A DNA stretch of 64,000 nucleotides from Octopus vulgaris (taxonomy: Eukaryota), in contig OX597835.1 of NCBI GenBank assembly GCA_951406725.2, positions 31,434,001-31,498,000 on the forward strand. Direction: 5' to 3'. Positions within the stretch are counted from its first letter, which is position 1; the number at the start of each line of letters is the position of its first letter. A program made the position numbers and the translations under genes. The notes below the pieces were generated by a model that had not been told where the DNA came from, did no database searches, and saw nothing but the letters and a program-made list of their open reading frames with translations. Of this stretch, positions 43,465 through 55,989 are shown piece after piece.

Positions 43465-43680
43465 TGCACTTGTTTTAGTCTTTGGATGACAGATATAGCG
43501 AGGCACCGCGTTGAGAAGTTTTAGTCGAGCGATTTTTCCTTGGTTCTTCTTTTTCTTTTTGAGTATGGTGCTTATACTATCATTCTGTTTTGCCGAACCG
43601 CTAAGTTACAGAGGTCTTAAACAAACTGACAATGGTTGTCAAGCAGGGCATGAGAACAGACACTAACGGAAAGAAACCCA
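43465..43680 (-). mobile_element. SINE family A, diverged 3' part
   Basis: TTTGCCGAACCGCTAAGTTAC..GGTTGTCAAGC. Confidence 0.7.
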
Positions 43681-43731
43681 CACAGATACACACAAACGCA
43701 TATATAAATATGAATACACATACACGTATAT

Positions 43732-43777
<46 letters not shown>

Positions 43778-43778
43778 G

Positions 43779-43850
<72 letters not shown>

Positions 43851-44407
43851 AGTGAGACAAAAGTGTACCTACGCCGCTATATGCTTTATATATAAAAAAT
43901 ACAAAATGGGACAAAACTTGGTGTTTAGGAATTTTCTTTTACATCAAGTTCAAAATTTTATGCCAGCCGTTAAACTGCCACTACGTTGCTGTTCGTCGTT
44001 AAGAAATGCCAGCCATGGTGACTCTACTATCCTCAGGTTCTATCTTTGGTTCTAACTTTGGTTTCAAATATTTTTTTAATTTTTATTCAGCTCGCAAATT
44101 CGTCTGTCCCTTTTAAATGTTAGTGTTTTGCTGTCTGCCTTAAAACAGACCTTTCCATTGTCACTGCCTGATATTTATGATTGATCTTTCAAAATATTTT
44201 CTTTCTCAACTTACTCAAGATCTTTTGTTGTTTATAAATGGGAGAGAGATAGAGAAAGATAGAGAGTAAAAGAAAGCGAGGGAAAGTCCGAGAGAAAGGA
44301 GGAGTAGGAGAGCGGGAAAGTGAGAGAGAAAGGAGAGAGAAACAAAGAGGGAGAATGTGGTGATAAAAAACAGAAAGGAAGCAACAGAAAGTAACAACTA
44401 CACTCTT

Positions 44408-44439
44408 ACCCGCGCGTAGAGCGGGTCACCTTAAGCTAG
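44408..44439 (+). mobile_element. Helitron 3' terminus
   Basis: GC hairpin ACCCGC-GCGTAGA-GCGGGT, ~10-nt spacer, CTAG followed by T. Confidence 0.55.
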
Positions 44440-44848
44440 TTTATTAAATAAAACGAAAATGTACATACTAAGTAGAGGACATCACCAACGAGCGAAAAAT
44501 ACGTAAACACACAACAAGAGAGAAGTACGGCACAAAATACCAAAAGAAGTCTAACTCCACCTCAGTTGTCGAATGTATATTACGAGCTGTTTCGTGCTTT
44601 TAACGAGAGGGCAGGAAAACTTCATAAGACAGCAGGATACAGATATTTATGTATGTATATACAGACGTCACTAAAGTGACTAAGGGAGCTAGTCAGCATC
44701 AATATTGCTAGAAAGAGGAGTCAGAACAACTCTTTGCTACAAGGACTTATCTAACTACTGACAATGAAGACGAGACGAGGGATCTTTTCGGTTTGAACGG
44801 CAGTTTTTATCATAATTTCTAGGTAACTGACAATGAAGACGAGACGAG

Positions 44849-45315
44849 GGATCTTTTCGGTTTGAACGGCAGTTTTTATCATAATTTCTAGGTAACTAAA
44901 AAATTTTAAACTTCGTATACTGGTAGAATGTGCTTATAAAACATCTTTTTCTCTTGGCTTTATTGAGAAAATTCTATAGTTTGTAAGATATTTGTTGTAT
45001 TTTTTCTTCAATTTCTGCAATTTCAACCAATCAGTGACGTCTATTGAGTTAAAAAGCATTCTGTGCCGTATGAATATGTCCTTCGTTTAAGAAACAGATT
45101 GGGTTTATTTACATTTCTGAAGAAAAAAGATACCCTTCCCCCACCCCTAACCCTAACCCTAACCCTAACTAATCCTAACTAACCCTAACTAACCCTAACT
45201 AACCCTAACCCTAAAACAGATTCAAATGCAATAGATCGATACTAGGGTCATAATTATGGGTGACAATTTCATATGACACCGCTAGTAAAAACTGTCGTTC
45301 AAACCGAAAAGATCC
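44849..45315. mobile_element. Telomeric-repeat MITE, copy 3
   Basis: Same TIRs; CCCTAA and CCCTAACTAA array at ~45145-45213; flanks GAGACGAG/GAGACTAA; left end duplicated at ~44757-44828. Confidence 0.9.
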
Positions 45316-45680
45316 GAGACTAATTCGCTGTTCCGCTTGCGATAGGAAACCAGTCTCCCTTGTTTGTCATTAGATTAGTACTTTTCGTGGTTAGGAGTTG
45401 TTCTGACTATTATTTCTAGCAATACTCGTGCTGATTAGTACTTTTAATCACATTTGTTCATTTGGGCTGTAAATTGCGAAAAAAACCTCTTCATAATTTA
45501 CATCTACGTGCTTGCTACACGGGGACCCTTCGAATTTTTCCATCCAAAATGGATTTTCAACCCGTTATTCATATGCAACATATTTATAGATTTGCATGTG
45601 TGCTACGTGACATTCCTTAGTGTGTGTGGGGGGAGGGGAGTTGCGCACAGATTACTCTCTGCACAGAACATTTAGTGCAG

Positions 45681-45711
<31 letters not shown>

Positions 45712-45858
45712 ATAAAAACGCAATGCAAGCATATGTACACAAAAATATATACACCTATAAAATACATACATACATATTTATATGCAGTATTAAAACAAAG
45801 GCCATTGATTTACATACATGTTAGACATCTATACAAAACATATATATATATATATATA

Positions 45859-45962
<104 letters not shown>

Positions 45963-46656
45963 TAGATGTATATATATATTATGTATATACACGTACATAT
46001 ATATATATATATATATATGAATATATATGTATATATATATATATTTATATACATATGTATATACATATGTATATATATATATATATATATACACACAAAT
46101 ATATATGTATATATGCGTATACACACACACACACACATATATAACCAAGCGCGCACTTAGTGAAAGAGTTTGATGGATAGACAGGATGACAGATACATAA
46201 GGAAACAGACAGATATATATGGTTTGATTGGTAGCTATACAGATGGGTATAAAGATAGGTATACAAGCACAAGAAGGGAGAGCAGGAAAGGGAGAGCTAT
46301 GATAAGGTTAGAGAAAGAGGAAGAGCGAGACAGACAGAAGGGGGCAGAGTTAGAAAGTTAAACAAATTAGATAGACGTAATGGTAGAGATACGTAAAAAT
46401 GACAGCCACACTGGAACGCGCGCATGCGCACACGTATAAGCATGTATATATCAGTGTATATTATGTTAATATTTATGGATATCTATCTCCCTATGCAACT
46501 ATCTATCTATCAGTAGATCTATCTATATATCTGTCTATGTAGCTAGCTAGCTATAGGTCTACATCCCTACCTACATATCTATCTATCGATCTATCTAGGT
46601 GTCTAGCTATTTGTCTATCTATTATATCTATAGATCTACTTACCTACTCACCTATA

Positions 46657-46779
<123 letters not shown>

Positions 46780-46786
46780 GTATACG

Positions 46787-46861
<75 letters not shown>

Positions 46862-46952
46862 TTATAAATATATGTATATATAATATATATATATATATAT
46901 ACATATATAAAGACAAGATATATTAGTATACACCCATGTATGCACATATATA

Positions 46953-46996
<44 letters not shown>

Positions 46997-47364
46997 CTAT
47001 GGGTGTATGTGTGAGTATAGCACAAAAACAATTATGGCCAGTGCAAAGAATATTTATATTAATATACATATAACACCATTGACTTTCAACTGTCAATTCT
47101 TTGTATATGATATTATATTATTGCTTCAGATTTTTCAAAGTCATCAGAGCTCAGCCTCCTCGTAAATATTGCACGAAGGAGAACTGGTTGTTGTGTTTGC
47201 CTAATAGTTATTATTTTATCTTATGTAGATAGATACGTAGATAGATATCTCTCCATGAATGTATGTATATATGTATGTATGTATGAACGAATGTATGTAT
47301 ATGAACTTATATATGTATATATATATATATATACATACATACACGTATATACATACATATATGT

Positions 47365-47425
<61 letters not shown>

Positions 47426-47712
47426 TGTGTATATATATGTATATATATATGTATATATGTATATATATATGTATATATATATATATGTGCATATATATAT
47501 ATATATATATATTTATGTATATATGTGTGTATATATGTGTATATATGTACATATATTTGTATATATATGTAGATGCATGTATGTATATATATATATAACA
47601 ATACATATGTACGTTCATGTGTATATAGACATATACCTGTATACATATATATATGTGTGTGTGTGTATGTGTGTGTGTGTACGTACATACGTACATAGAC
47701 ATATACCTATAT

Positions 47713-47764
<52 letters not shown>

Positions 47765-48352
47765 GTGTGTGCGTGTGTGTGTGTGCGCGTATTTGTGTGT
47801 GTGTGTGGATTTATATATGCATACATTCGTATATATATACACATACATTTAGATATAACAATGGAACTAAGGATTTTATTGAAGTATTCAACAATGAAAC
47901 TATTGGTGTACACACACATGCAGAAATACATACATATACATATACTTACATATAATCATACACACGTGTGTGTACCTTTCTACGTATTAGTGCGTGACTG
48001 AATATTTCTTTGAATGTGTATATATACATTTATATACAATTTTGTATGTATGTATCTACGTATGTATTTATATATATATATGTGTGTATGTATGTAGGTA
48101 TGTATGTATGATATACGTGAATGTGTGTTTGTATGTAAATAGCGGCAAACTGCGGCAGATAGATAAATTGATAAATAAACTTGATAAACAAAGACATCTG
48201 AACAAAGGAATTGTCAAAAGAACTGTATTATGGCTTCCATTAGATGTTTCATAGGAAAACAGGAGTGCAACAATTGTAAATCAGTCAAAAGGCAGATCAT
48301 AGAGCAAACACTCAATTTTACATATACACATACACACACACACATGTATACA

Positions 48353-48388
<36 letters not shown>

Positions 48389-48451
48389 TATACATACATA
48401 CATACATATGTATATATAGATAGATAGATAGATATTGGTCCACACACACAC

Positions 48452-48500
<49 letters not shown>

Positions 48501-48865
48501 AGGGTGCCTGTGTCTATCTCTGTATACATGTATGATGTTTCGTATGCGTACCTATGTACCTATGTACCTCTCTGTGTATCTCTTTCTCCCTTTATCTATC
48601 TATCTGTCTTATATATATATATATATGTATATATATATGTGTGTGTGCGTATGTATGTATGTATGCATGTATGTATATAGACATGTATGTTGATATATGT
48701 TGTACTTTTGTATATACATATATACGTGTATACTTGTAATCATTCATTACACACAGACACACATAGTTATGCATAGTAGCATTTAAATGCATACATATAT
48801 ATATATATACATATATAAGTGTGTGTGTGCATGTGTATGTGTGTGTATATACATACAAATATATG

Positions 48866-48909
<44 letters not shown>

Positions 48910-49367
48910 TACATACTCATACATATATATATACTTCTATTTACACACACATATATATTCGTACACATATATTCACCTCCAATCCCTGCCACACACATCT
49001 CATATATACACAGCAAACAATACGCCGCCATTTTTGTCTATTGCATCCTTCCTGTAAGTATGATTGTTGATCAGAAGAAACGTCACTGTTGGGCCTCTTA
49101 ACTTGTCCCTCCTACCATATTCCACTCCTCCATCACTCATTCACCTGCCTTTGAAATATTAATTGATACTAAAATATCTGTTATTTGTCTGCTCTTAGAA
49201 TCTTCATCTTATTCTGGGGTTCCTGGACTAATATAGACGCTACTTATGAATACAAACGTACGTATAACGGTGCGTACATACATATATAAATATATATGTG
49301 TGTGTATATTTGTAAATATTTGTATATCTATATCTACATCTAACTATTTATCTGTATATATATATAA

Positions 49368-49415
<48 letters not shown>

Positions 49416-49516
49416 TTATATATCTACACACATTGTGCACTTCAATATGTAAGTACAGACACACATACTTATGTGTGTGTGTCTAAATTTATATATATAC
49501 AAAGATATATATAATG

Positions 49517-49560
<44 letters not shown>

Positions 49561-49654
49561 GATATAAAGAGAAGCGCGCGCGCACGTGTACACTCACACA
49601 CTCAAATATACATATACTTGTTTGCATGAATTTCGACATTAAGTCCTGCACAAT

Positions 49655-49786
<132 letters not shown>

Positions 49787-49872
49787 GATAGATATACATA
49801 AATATATATAATTACAGACACACATATATATGTATATATATATATTACATATATATATGTATATATATGCAT

Positions 49873-49904
<32 letters not shown>

Positions 49905-49915
49905 GTATATATGTG

Positions 49916-49952
<37 letters not shown>

Positions 49953-50353
49953 GTCTGTGTGTATACATATATATATACATATCTATCCATATGTGTGTGC
50001 GTGTGTGCGTGTGTATTTGTGTATTTATTTGTTATTTCGTGTCTGCCAAATCTGAAATTCTCCATGCGAGATTGGAGATTTAAGATAAAGCCTTTTAAAT
50101 AGAAGTTTTTGATAAGTCTATCATTTTCTAATGTTTTGCTTGAATTGAAATATCTCGTTCCTGTGTACCTTCATCTTTAAACCACAACTTGAAACATCAT
50201 TAAAACATCATGCTGATACACGGATGTATACGTGTATACATACATACATACATACACACTCGGGCAAATACACATATATATACGTACATATATGCGTGTA
50301 CATTCGTGTCTATACGTAAGTAATTGCGTATATAGGCATATATATATACATAC

Positions 50354-50435
<82 letters not shown>

Positions 50436-50476
50436 GAAAGAATGGAGTTGAGCGACGAATTAACAAAATTCCTTTA

Positions 50477-50559
50477 TTCTCGACATATGTTTCGAAGGCT
50501 GCATATTCCTCATTTCGGAGGAATAAGGGGTGCATTATGCCGCCTTCTCATCAGGAAAA
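50477..50559 (-). ncRNA. Type I hammerhead ribozyme with extended stem II, intact core
   Basis: TTTTC-CTGATGA-GAAGGC..GCCTTC-GAAA-CATATG-TC-GAGAA; GUC cleavage site; lies in a ~50430-50612 fragment between (TA)n runs. Confidence 0.85.
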
Positions 50560-50614
50560 ACAAGGAACTTATGTCAGCATCAAGATGAACAAAAACTTTT
50601 AGATGACTGCCCAC

Positions 50615-50698
<84 letters not shown>

Positions 50699-51008
50699 GT
50701 GTGTGTGTGTGTGTACACATACAAATATATGTGTATAATATACATACATACATTGTCCTGTTTTCCGTCCTTGTTTTGTATACATTCGAGGTTTTCTTCC
50801 AAGGAATATAATGCGCTTGGCTTAGATTTTCATTTGGGGCTGGCCAGATTTCGATCTGGCCAGCAATCGCAAGATTAATCAGCCGAAATTGCGAAGATGA
50901 TCCGGTTTTTGACTGAAGATTGAAGGCTTCGAATGTCCCGTCCGTGTTTTTTGTATCGTCTTCTAAATGTTTTGCGCTCCTGTCCCAGTTTGTATTTTTT
51001 TACATATA

Positions 51009-51060
<52 letters not shown>

Positions 51061-51150
51061 TGTAAATACACGATATACATTCATAAATACACACTTATGC
51101 ACATATACACATATGTATATATATGTATATGTATATGTATATGTATATAA

Positions 51151-51205
<55 letters not shown>

Positions 51206-51238
51206 TGTATGTGTGTGTGTATGTATATATATGTATAC

Positions 51239-51275
<37 letters not shown>

Positions 51276-51403
51276 TATTGGTCTGCTCGCTTAGCCAGCG
51301 AGGGTGGCCTCATTTGAAGGCTAAAACAATGCGAAGCGCATTGTGACCAGCGATATGCAGCAACATCTGATAGCCTGGTCTGTCACGGTGATATATATAT
51401 ATA

Positions 51404-52287
51404 CAGGGCGAGATGGATAAATGTCAGTATTTTATATATTTTATTTCGCGCATGCGCATTGTTTGTTTTCCTTCTTTTTTATCGACTATACCTTATAGTA
51501 TGGTCAATTGGGCATTGTCTGTGAGAAAAACTACACCGTTAGACAATTTACTCTGCCAGAAATTTAGAATCGACATGCTGTACCGCTTGACATTCGCCTC
51601 GGTACCTCAAATATGACTATTTCAGGGTGTTTGGGCGTCACTCTGTGTGCAGAGCAATCTGAGGACATTCACCTAGAGTTTATAAGAACCAAATAACCAC
51701 TTGGCTTCATGGTGATCACTAGTGATGGCGATGTTTTGCCTCAATTCATCTACCCACACAGCCTCAGACTCAACATGGAGTTCTACATCAAGTACCTGTT
51801 GGAGGTAGTGCTGCCCTGGGTCAAAAGAGTAGCTGTTGGAAGACCCTATGCCTGGCAACAGGACTCTGCACCATGCCACACAAGGAAGAGAACCCAGTCA
51901 TAGTTGTCAGAAAATTTCTGCAACCACCTCACCCCTAACATCTTGCCACTTAACTCCCCAGAGTACAGCCCCTGTAGATTGTTATATGTGGGACGCAGTT
52001 GAGCGAGAGACCAACAAAATTCCTTGTTAACCAAAGATGAAGTGAAGGCAAATATTATGGCAGCATTCACCAACTTAAACAAGGAGACCACCCAGAAGAA
52101 TTGCTGGAGATTCCGATGTCATCTGGAGGCCGTGATTGAAGCAAATTGCGATTTTATTGAATACATTTACTCTTTAGTATTTCAAGATATTCTAATGTAA
52201 TTTTGGTAAATACATTTGTTAAAATGAGATGTCAGTGTTATTTTCAGTTTTAACCAACTTAAACGACAGCTTATTCACAGCACCCTC
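51404..52287 (+). mobile_element. Deleted Tc1/mariner, maT (DD37D)-like
   Basis: Degenerate TIRs CAGGGCGAGATGGATAAATGTC / GACAGCTTATTCACAGCACCCTC with TA flanks; GRPYAWQQDSAPCHT..PVDCYMWDAVERETNK. Confidence 0.82.
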
Positions 52288-52311
52288 TATGTATGTATGT
52301 ATGTATGTATG

Positions 52312-52345
<34 letters not shown>

Positions 52346-52444
52346 TGTATGTATGTATGTATGTATGTATGTATGTATGTATGTATGTATGTATGTGTAT
52401 ATATACATACATACATACATACATGCATACATATATATATATAT

Positions 52445-52695
52445 GGAGGCGCGTGGCTTAGTGGTTAGAGTGTCAGCATCATGATAGTAAGATTGTTGTT
52501 TCGATTCCTGGACCGGGTGAGCCGTTGTATTCTTGAGCAAAACACTTCATTTCACGTTGCTTCAGTCTACTCAGCTGGCAAAAATGAGTAACGCTGCGAT
52601 GGACTGGTGTCCTGCCCAGCTGGGGAACACATACGCCATTGGAACCGGGAAACCTGGCCCATGAGCCTGGCTAGGCTTTAAAATGGCACATTTAC
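52445..52695 (+). mobile_element. SINE family C
   Basis: Near-identical to 30139-30375. Confidence 0.9.
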
Positions 52696-52710
52696 ATATA
52701 TATATATATA

Positions 52711-52747
52711 GGCGTAGGAGTGGCTGTGTGGTAAGTAGCTTGCTAAC
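52711..52747 (+). mobile_element. SINE family A head (left part of the interrupted copy)
   Basis: GGCGTAGGAGTGGCTGTGTGGTAAGTAGCTTGCTAAC; the SINE resumes at 55268. Confidence 0.9.
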
Positions 52748-53664
52748 TTTCGTCGGAGTTAGACGTGTTTTTTGGCAGCTGCCTCAGATGTCACGTGTTG
52801 CCACGTGAAATATTGAACATTTTACGTCAACGGGTGGGACGTTCGAATATTGTTGGAGGCTTAGTGAGGTTTATTGCCTGCCGTTAATACTTTTTAACGT
52901 TAACGTTATTTAGCATTAATAATTTTTTGCAGATAATAGACTTCACTTTGCTTCGGATATATTTTTTCTGCCTGTTGTCGTATTTAATGTCTCACTTTTT
53001 AGTGAGAATTGTGTTTTTTGAGGAGGCGTAGCCCCTCCGCAAAATATTTTTGATTCATTGGAGTACCCATTTCACTTTTGGATTACCACACGTGAATTAT
53101 TGAACTTTTTGGCAACAGCAGGTAGGACATTTGGATATTTTTAGAGGCCTAGTGAGGTTTATTGCCTGCCTTAATGCCTGTTAACATTAACGTTATTAGC
53201 ATTAATAATTTTCTTGCGGGTAATGGACTTCACTTTGCTTCGGATATATTTTTCTGCCTGTTGTCGTATTTAAAAGTCTCACTTTTTTAGTGAGAATTGT
53301 GTTTTTTGAGGAGGCGTAGCCCCTCCTCAAAAATAATTCGATTCATTGGATTACCTATTTCGCTTTTGGATTACCACACGTGGAATATTGCAGCTTTGGA
53401 TTACCAGGAGGCACCAAGGACATTCGTGGACTGTTTTTACAAGCACCAGAATTACCAAGGATTGCCGTGACGTTTGGCCTGGACTACCTTTTCGGCCCCC
53501 AAAAAATAATTCCTTGCCACATTTGAACTCTTTCCTCTAGCTATCCTTTATTTGAACTCCGAACTGTTTTTATTGTAACTCTCGTTTCCATTTTGTTTTC
53601 TCTTTCTACTTCCTATCACTTTTGTGTTTTTCCTATTTGAACTGTATTTACATTTTTGTTAAAA

Positions 53665-54903
53665 ATGGCAAAGGAACTGATTGTGTGGGAGCTGGAAGCT
53701 CCCAAAAGATACATAAAAACGCTGGAGGATAAGACCGTGGTGTTGAGAACTTATTCAAAGTCGCTCAACGCCATCATGGTTTTTCCAAAGGCGAAAATAA
53801 TTGAAGAGCTGGCAGACTACATGCCAGCCGTGAAATATATCACACGGGGAGCCAAATACGCAACGGTTTGGTTGCTGTTTGACTCCCCAAAAGCTGCTTG
53901 CGAGTTTGCAAGCAAGCCCATTGAGGGCAAAGAAATCTTGTTTCTCCCTAGTTACAAGGGAGAAAAATTGACAAGACTATGGGTCTGCGGCCTGCCACCC
54001 GGCATTGAACCCGAGTGGATAGAAGACTCTATCTGCCGGGGTCTGGGTGACAGGGAGGCAAAAATCCTAATTGTTAGGATACAGCCTGCGGCTGATTGGG
54101 AGGGGTCTAAGGCTACCTTAACCCTATGGACCCAGTCAGCCAAGAGTCTGGTTTTGCCGGACTTTTTAAGAATGGCCGGGTCCAAGTATCCGGTGATGCT
54201 TGAGGGACGCCCCCCACCCAAGTGTCACCTGTGTTTGGAGACCGGCCACATCAAGAAGAGCTGCCCCAGGGACCAGAGTAGGATCCTGGAGCGGCTGATA
54301 TTGGAGCCTCTCCCTGCCTCTTCAATGGAGGGAGAGAAGCAAAATGAGGAGGGGGAAAAATCCTCCTCCAAAAGAAAAAGAATGGTGGGGAGCAATGGCG
54401 ACCCACCAAGGGACCTGAAAGCTGCGGGATGGGAGAACCCGATGCGCACAGCTCCGGAACCTCAGCCTCCCGTGGCCCAGGGCCAGAAGAAAAAGAAAAA
54501 AAAGAGAAACGGAGCGCCGCCGGCGGTTTGCTACACGCAGACGACGTTTCCCGAGTATCCCGGATCCTCTCAGGTGGGTGTGCCGCCTGAGGGACAATTC
54601 GTGGAAGATTTTGTGCTCCTCTTTTTTAAAGGAGAAAACGTGGAAAGCACCGTAAGAAAAGTGAGAAAGAGAGGACGTTGGGAGGTACTCTGGTCCTGTA
54701 AGGAGGACCCCGAGTGGCCTTCGCAGTTAGCTGCGGAGGTTTTGAGAAAGGCTGATCTACGCAGGATCGTGGGTTCCTTCCCAACGGACTCCTTCAAGAT
54801 TATACCTCTGGACACCGGCCTGACCAGCGAGTATTGCCTCAATGAGGCAAGAGCGATGTCGGCCGGGTCACATAGGCTGTGTAACATTTTTGTAACATGT
54901 TGA
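53665..54903 (+). CDS. Gag-like ORF1 nucleic-acid-binding protein (putative RRMs + CCHC zinc knuckle), 412 aa from first ATG
   Basis: Only long complex ORF in the window; CHLCLETGHIKKSC (C-X2-C-X4-H-X4-C) at 54223-54264; RLWVCGLPPGIEPEWI resembles the Tx1/L1 ORF1 RRM start; basic KKKKKKR tract. Confidence 0.85.
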   Translation: MAKELIVWELEAPKRYIKTLEDKTVVLRTYSKSLNAIMVFPKAKIIEELADYMPAVKYITRGAKYATVWLLFDSPKAACEFASKPIEGKEILFLPSYKGEKLTRLWVCGLPPGIEPEWIEDSICRGLGDREAKILIVRIQPAADWEGSKATLTLWTQSAKSLVLPDFLRMAGSKYPVMLEGRPPPKCHLCLETGHIKKSCPRDQSRILERLILEPLPASSMEGEKQNEEGEKSSSKRKRMVGSNGDPPRDLKAAGWENPMRTAPEPQPPVAQGQKKKKKKRNGAPPAVCYTQTTFPEYPGSSQVGVPPEGQFVEDFVLLFFKGENVESTVRKVRKRGRWEVLWSCKEDPEWPSQLAAEVLRKADLRRIVGSFPTDSFKIIPLDTGLTSEYCLNEARAMSAGSHRLCNIFVTC

Positions 54904-55130
54904 AGAGGAGGTTTATTGCCTCCTCTAAAATTTGTAAAATTTGTAAATTGAATGTTAATTTAAACATTTTTGTAACATTTTGAAGAGGAGGTTTATTGCC
55001 TCCTCTAAAATTTGTAAATTGAATATCATTATGAACATTTTTTGTAACATGTTGAAGAGGAGGTTCATTGCCTCCTCTAAAATGTGTAAATTGTAAATTA
55101 TTGTATTGAATGTAATTATTGAACATTGTT
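54880..55130 (+). repeat. Three 72-80-bp tandem units, each with a hairpin
   Basis: AACATTTTTGTAACAT(G/T)TTGA-AGAGGAGG-TT(T/C)ATTG-CCTCCTCT-AAAAT(T/G)TGTAAA; hairpins at 54904, 54984 and 55056. Confidence 0.92.
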
Positions 55131-55267
55131 TTAGAGAAGCGAGAGTCGGCGGGCGCTTTTGACTTCTCCCATCACCATCTTCATCCACCACCACCATCAT
55201 CCATTAATGTCCTTGTCCAGCCCGTAGCTACTCTGTGTGCTGCCCTAGTAGCAAAATATTTGAAATA

Positions 55268-55638
55268 AAGTAGCTTGCTAACCAGCCACATGGGCCCGGG
55301 TTCAGTCCCACTGCGTGGCATCTTGAGCAAGTGTCTTCTGCTATAGCCCCGGGCCGACCAATTCCTTGTGAGTGGATTTGGTAGACGGAAACTGAAAGAA
55401 GCCTGTCGTATATATGTATATATATATGTATGTGTGTGTTTGTGTGTCTGCTGTGTTTGTCCCCCTAGCATTGCTTGACAACCGATGTTTACGTCCCCGT
55501 CACTTAGCGGTTCGGCAAAAGAAACCGATAGAATAAGTACTGTGCTTACAAAGAATAAGTCCCGGGGTCGATTTGCTCGACTAAAGGCGGTGCTCCAGCA
55601 TGGCTGCAGTCAAAATGACTGAAACAAGTAAAAGAGTA
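55268..55638 (+). mobile_element. SINE family A, remainder of the interrupted copy
   Basis: Continues CAGCCACATGGGCCCGGGTTCAGTCCCACTGCG through GAAACAAGTAAAAGAG. Confidence 0.92.
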
Positions 55639-55656
55639 TATGCATATATATATATA

Positions 55657-55790
55657 AGTTCAGTAAAATTTAGATTCAGTTGAATATGGTACTTAAGTTA
55701 AAGGCACCAGAACTTGGCAGGGTATTATCCATATAATTCGAAATGGGTTGATTGCAATCAAAATAAGCAACAAGCATATCCGATAACAGA
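55657..55790 (-). mobile_element. Penelope-like 3' fragment
   Basis: Reverse complement homologous to 9765-9875 and 61830-61950; abuts (TA)n. Confidence 0.65.
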
Positions 55791-55989
55791 TATAGATGCA
55801 AATCTATCCAATCACTTGTCTCTTTCTAAAATTCGGCATAACTTGGCGATCGGCCGTCTTACAACACCGTTTTTCGTCTTGAGTTTACTTGTTACAGTGT
55901 GTTTGTTAACTTTGCAACAAAATCAAGGTAAGCTCTGATTGCGTTCATTACTGGTGTCCGGAACTCTCGAGGGTAAAAATGATTTCGCG

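Larger units (their letters stand above)
52748..55267 (+). mobile_element. ORF1-only non-LTR retroelement (HAL1-like, L1/Tx1-type ORF1) inserted in a SINE
   Basis: 15-bp TSD AAGTAGCTTGCTAAC at 52733-52747 and 55268-55282; ~0.9-kb 5' UTR with ~288-bp duplication; single ORF; short 3' UTR ending in AATAAA; no RT or endonuclease. Confidence 0.85.

Noticed and set aside
45145-45213. True telomere or chromosome fusion site
   Set aside because: Short array enclosed by MITE TIRs
47120-47150. Minus-strand CTGATGA hammerhead candidate; also half-motifs near 14965, 44585 and 50915
   Set aside because: One of the two core boxes or stem I is missing
54880-55130. CRISPR-like array with palindromic repeats
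   Set aside because: Spacers are near-identical to each other, there are only three units, no cas genes, and the context is a eukaryotic retroelement
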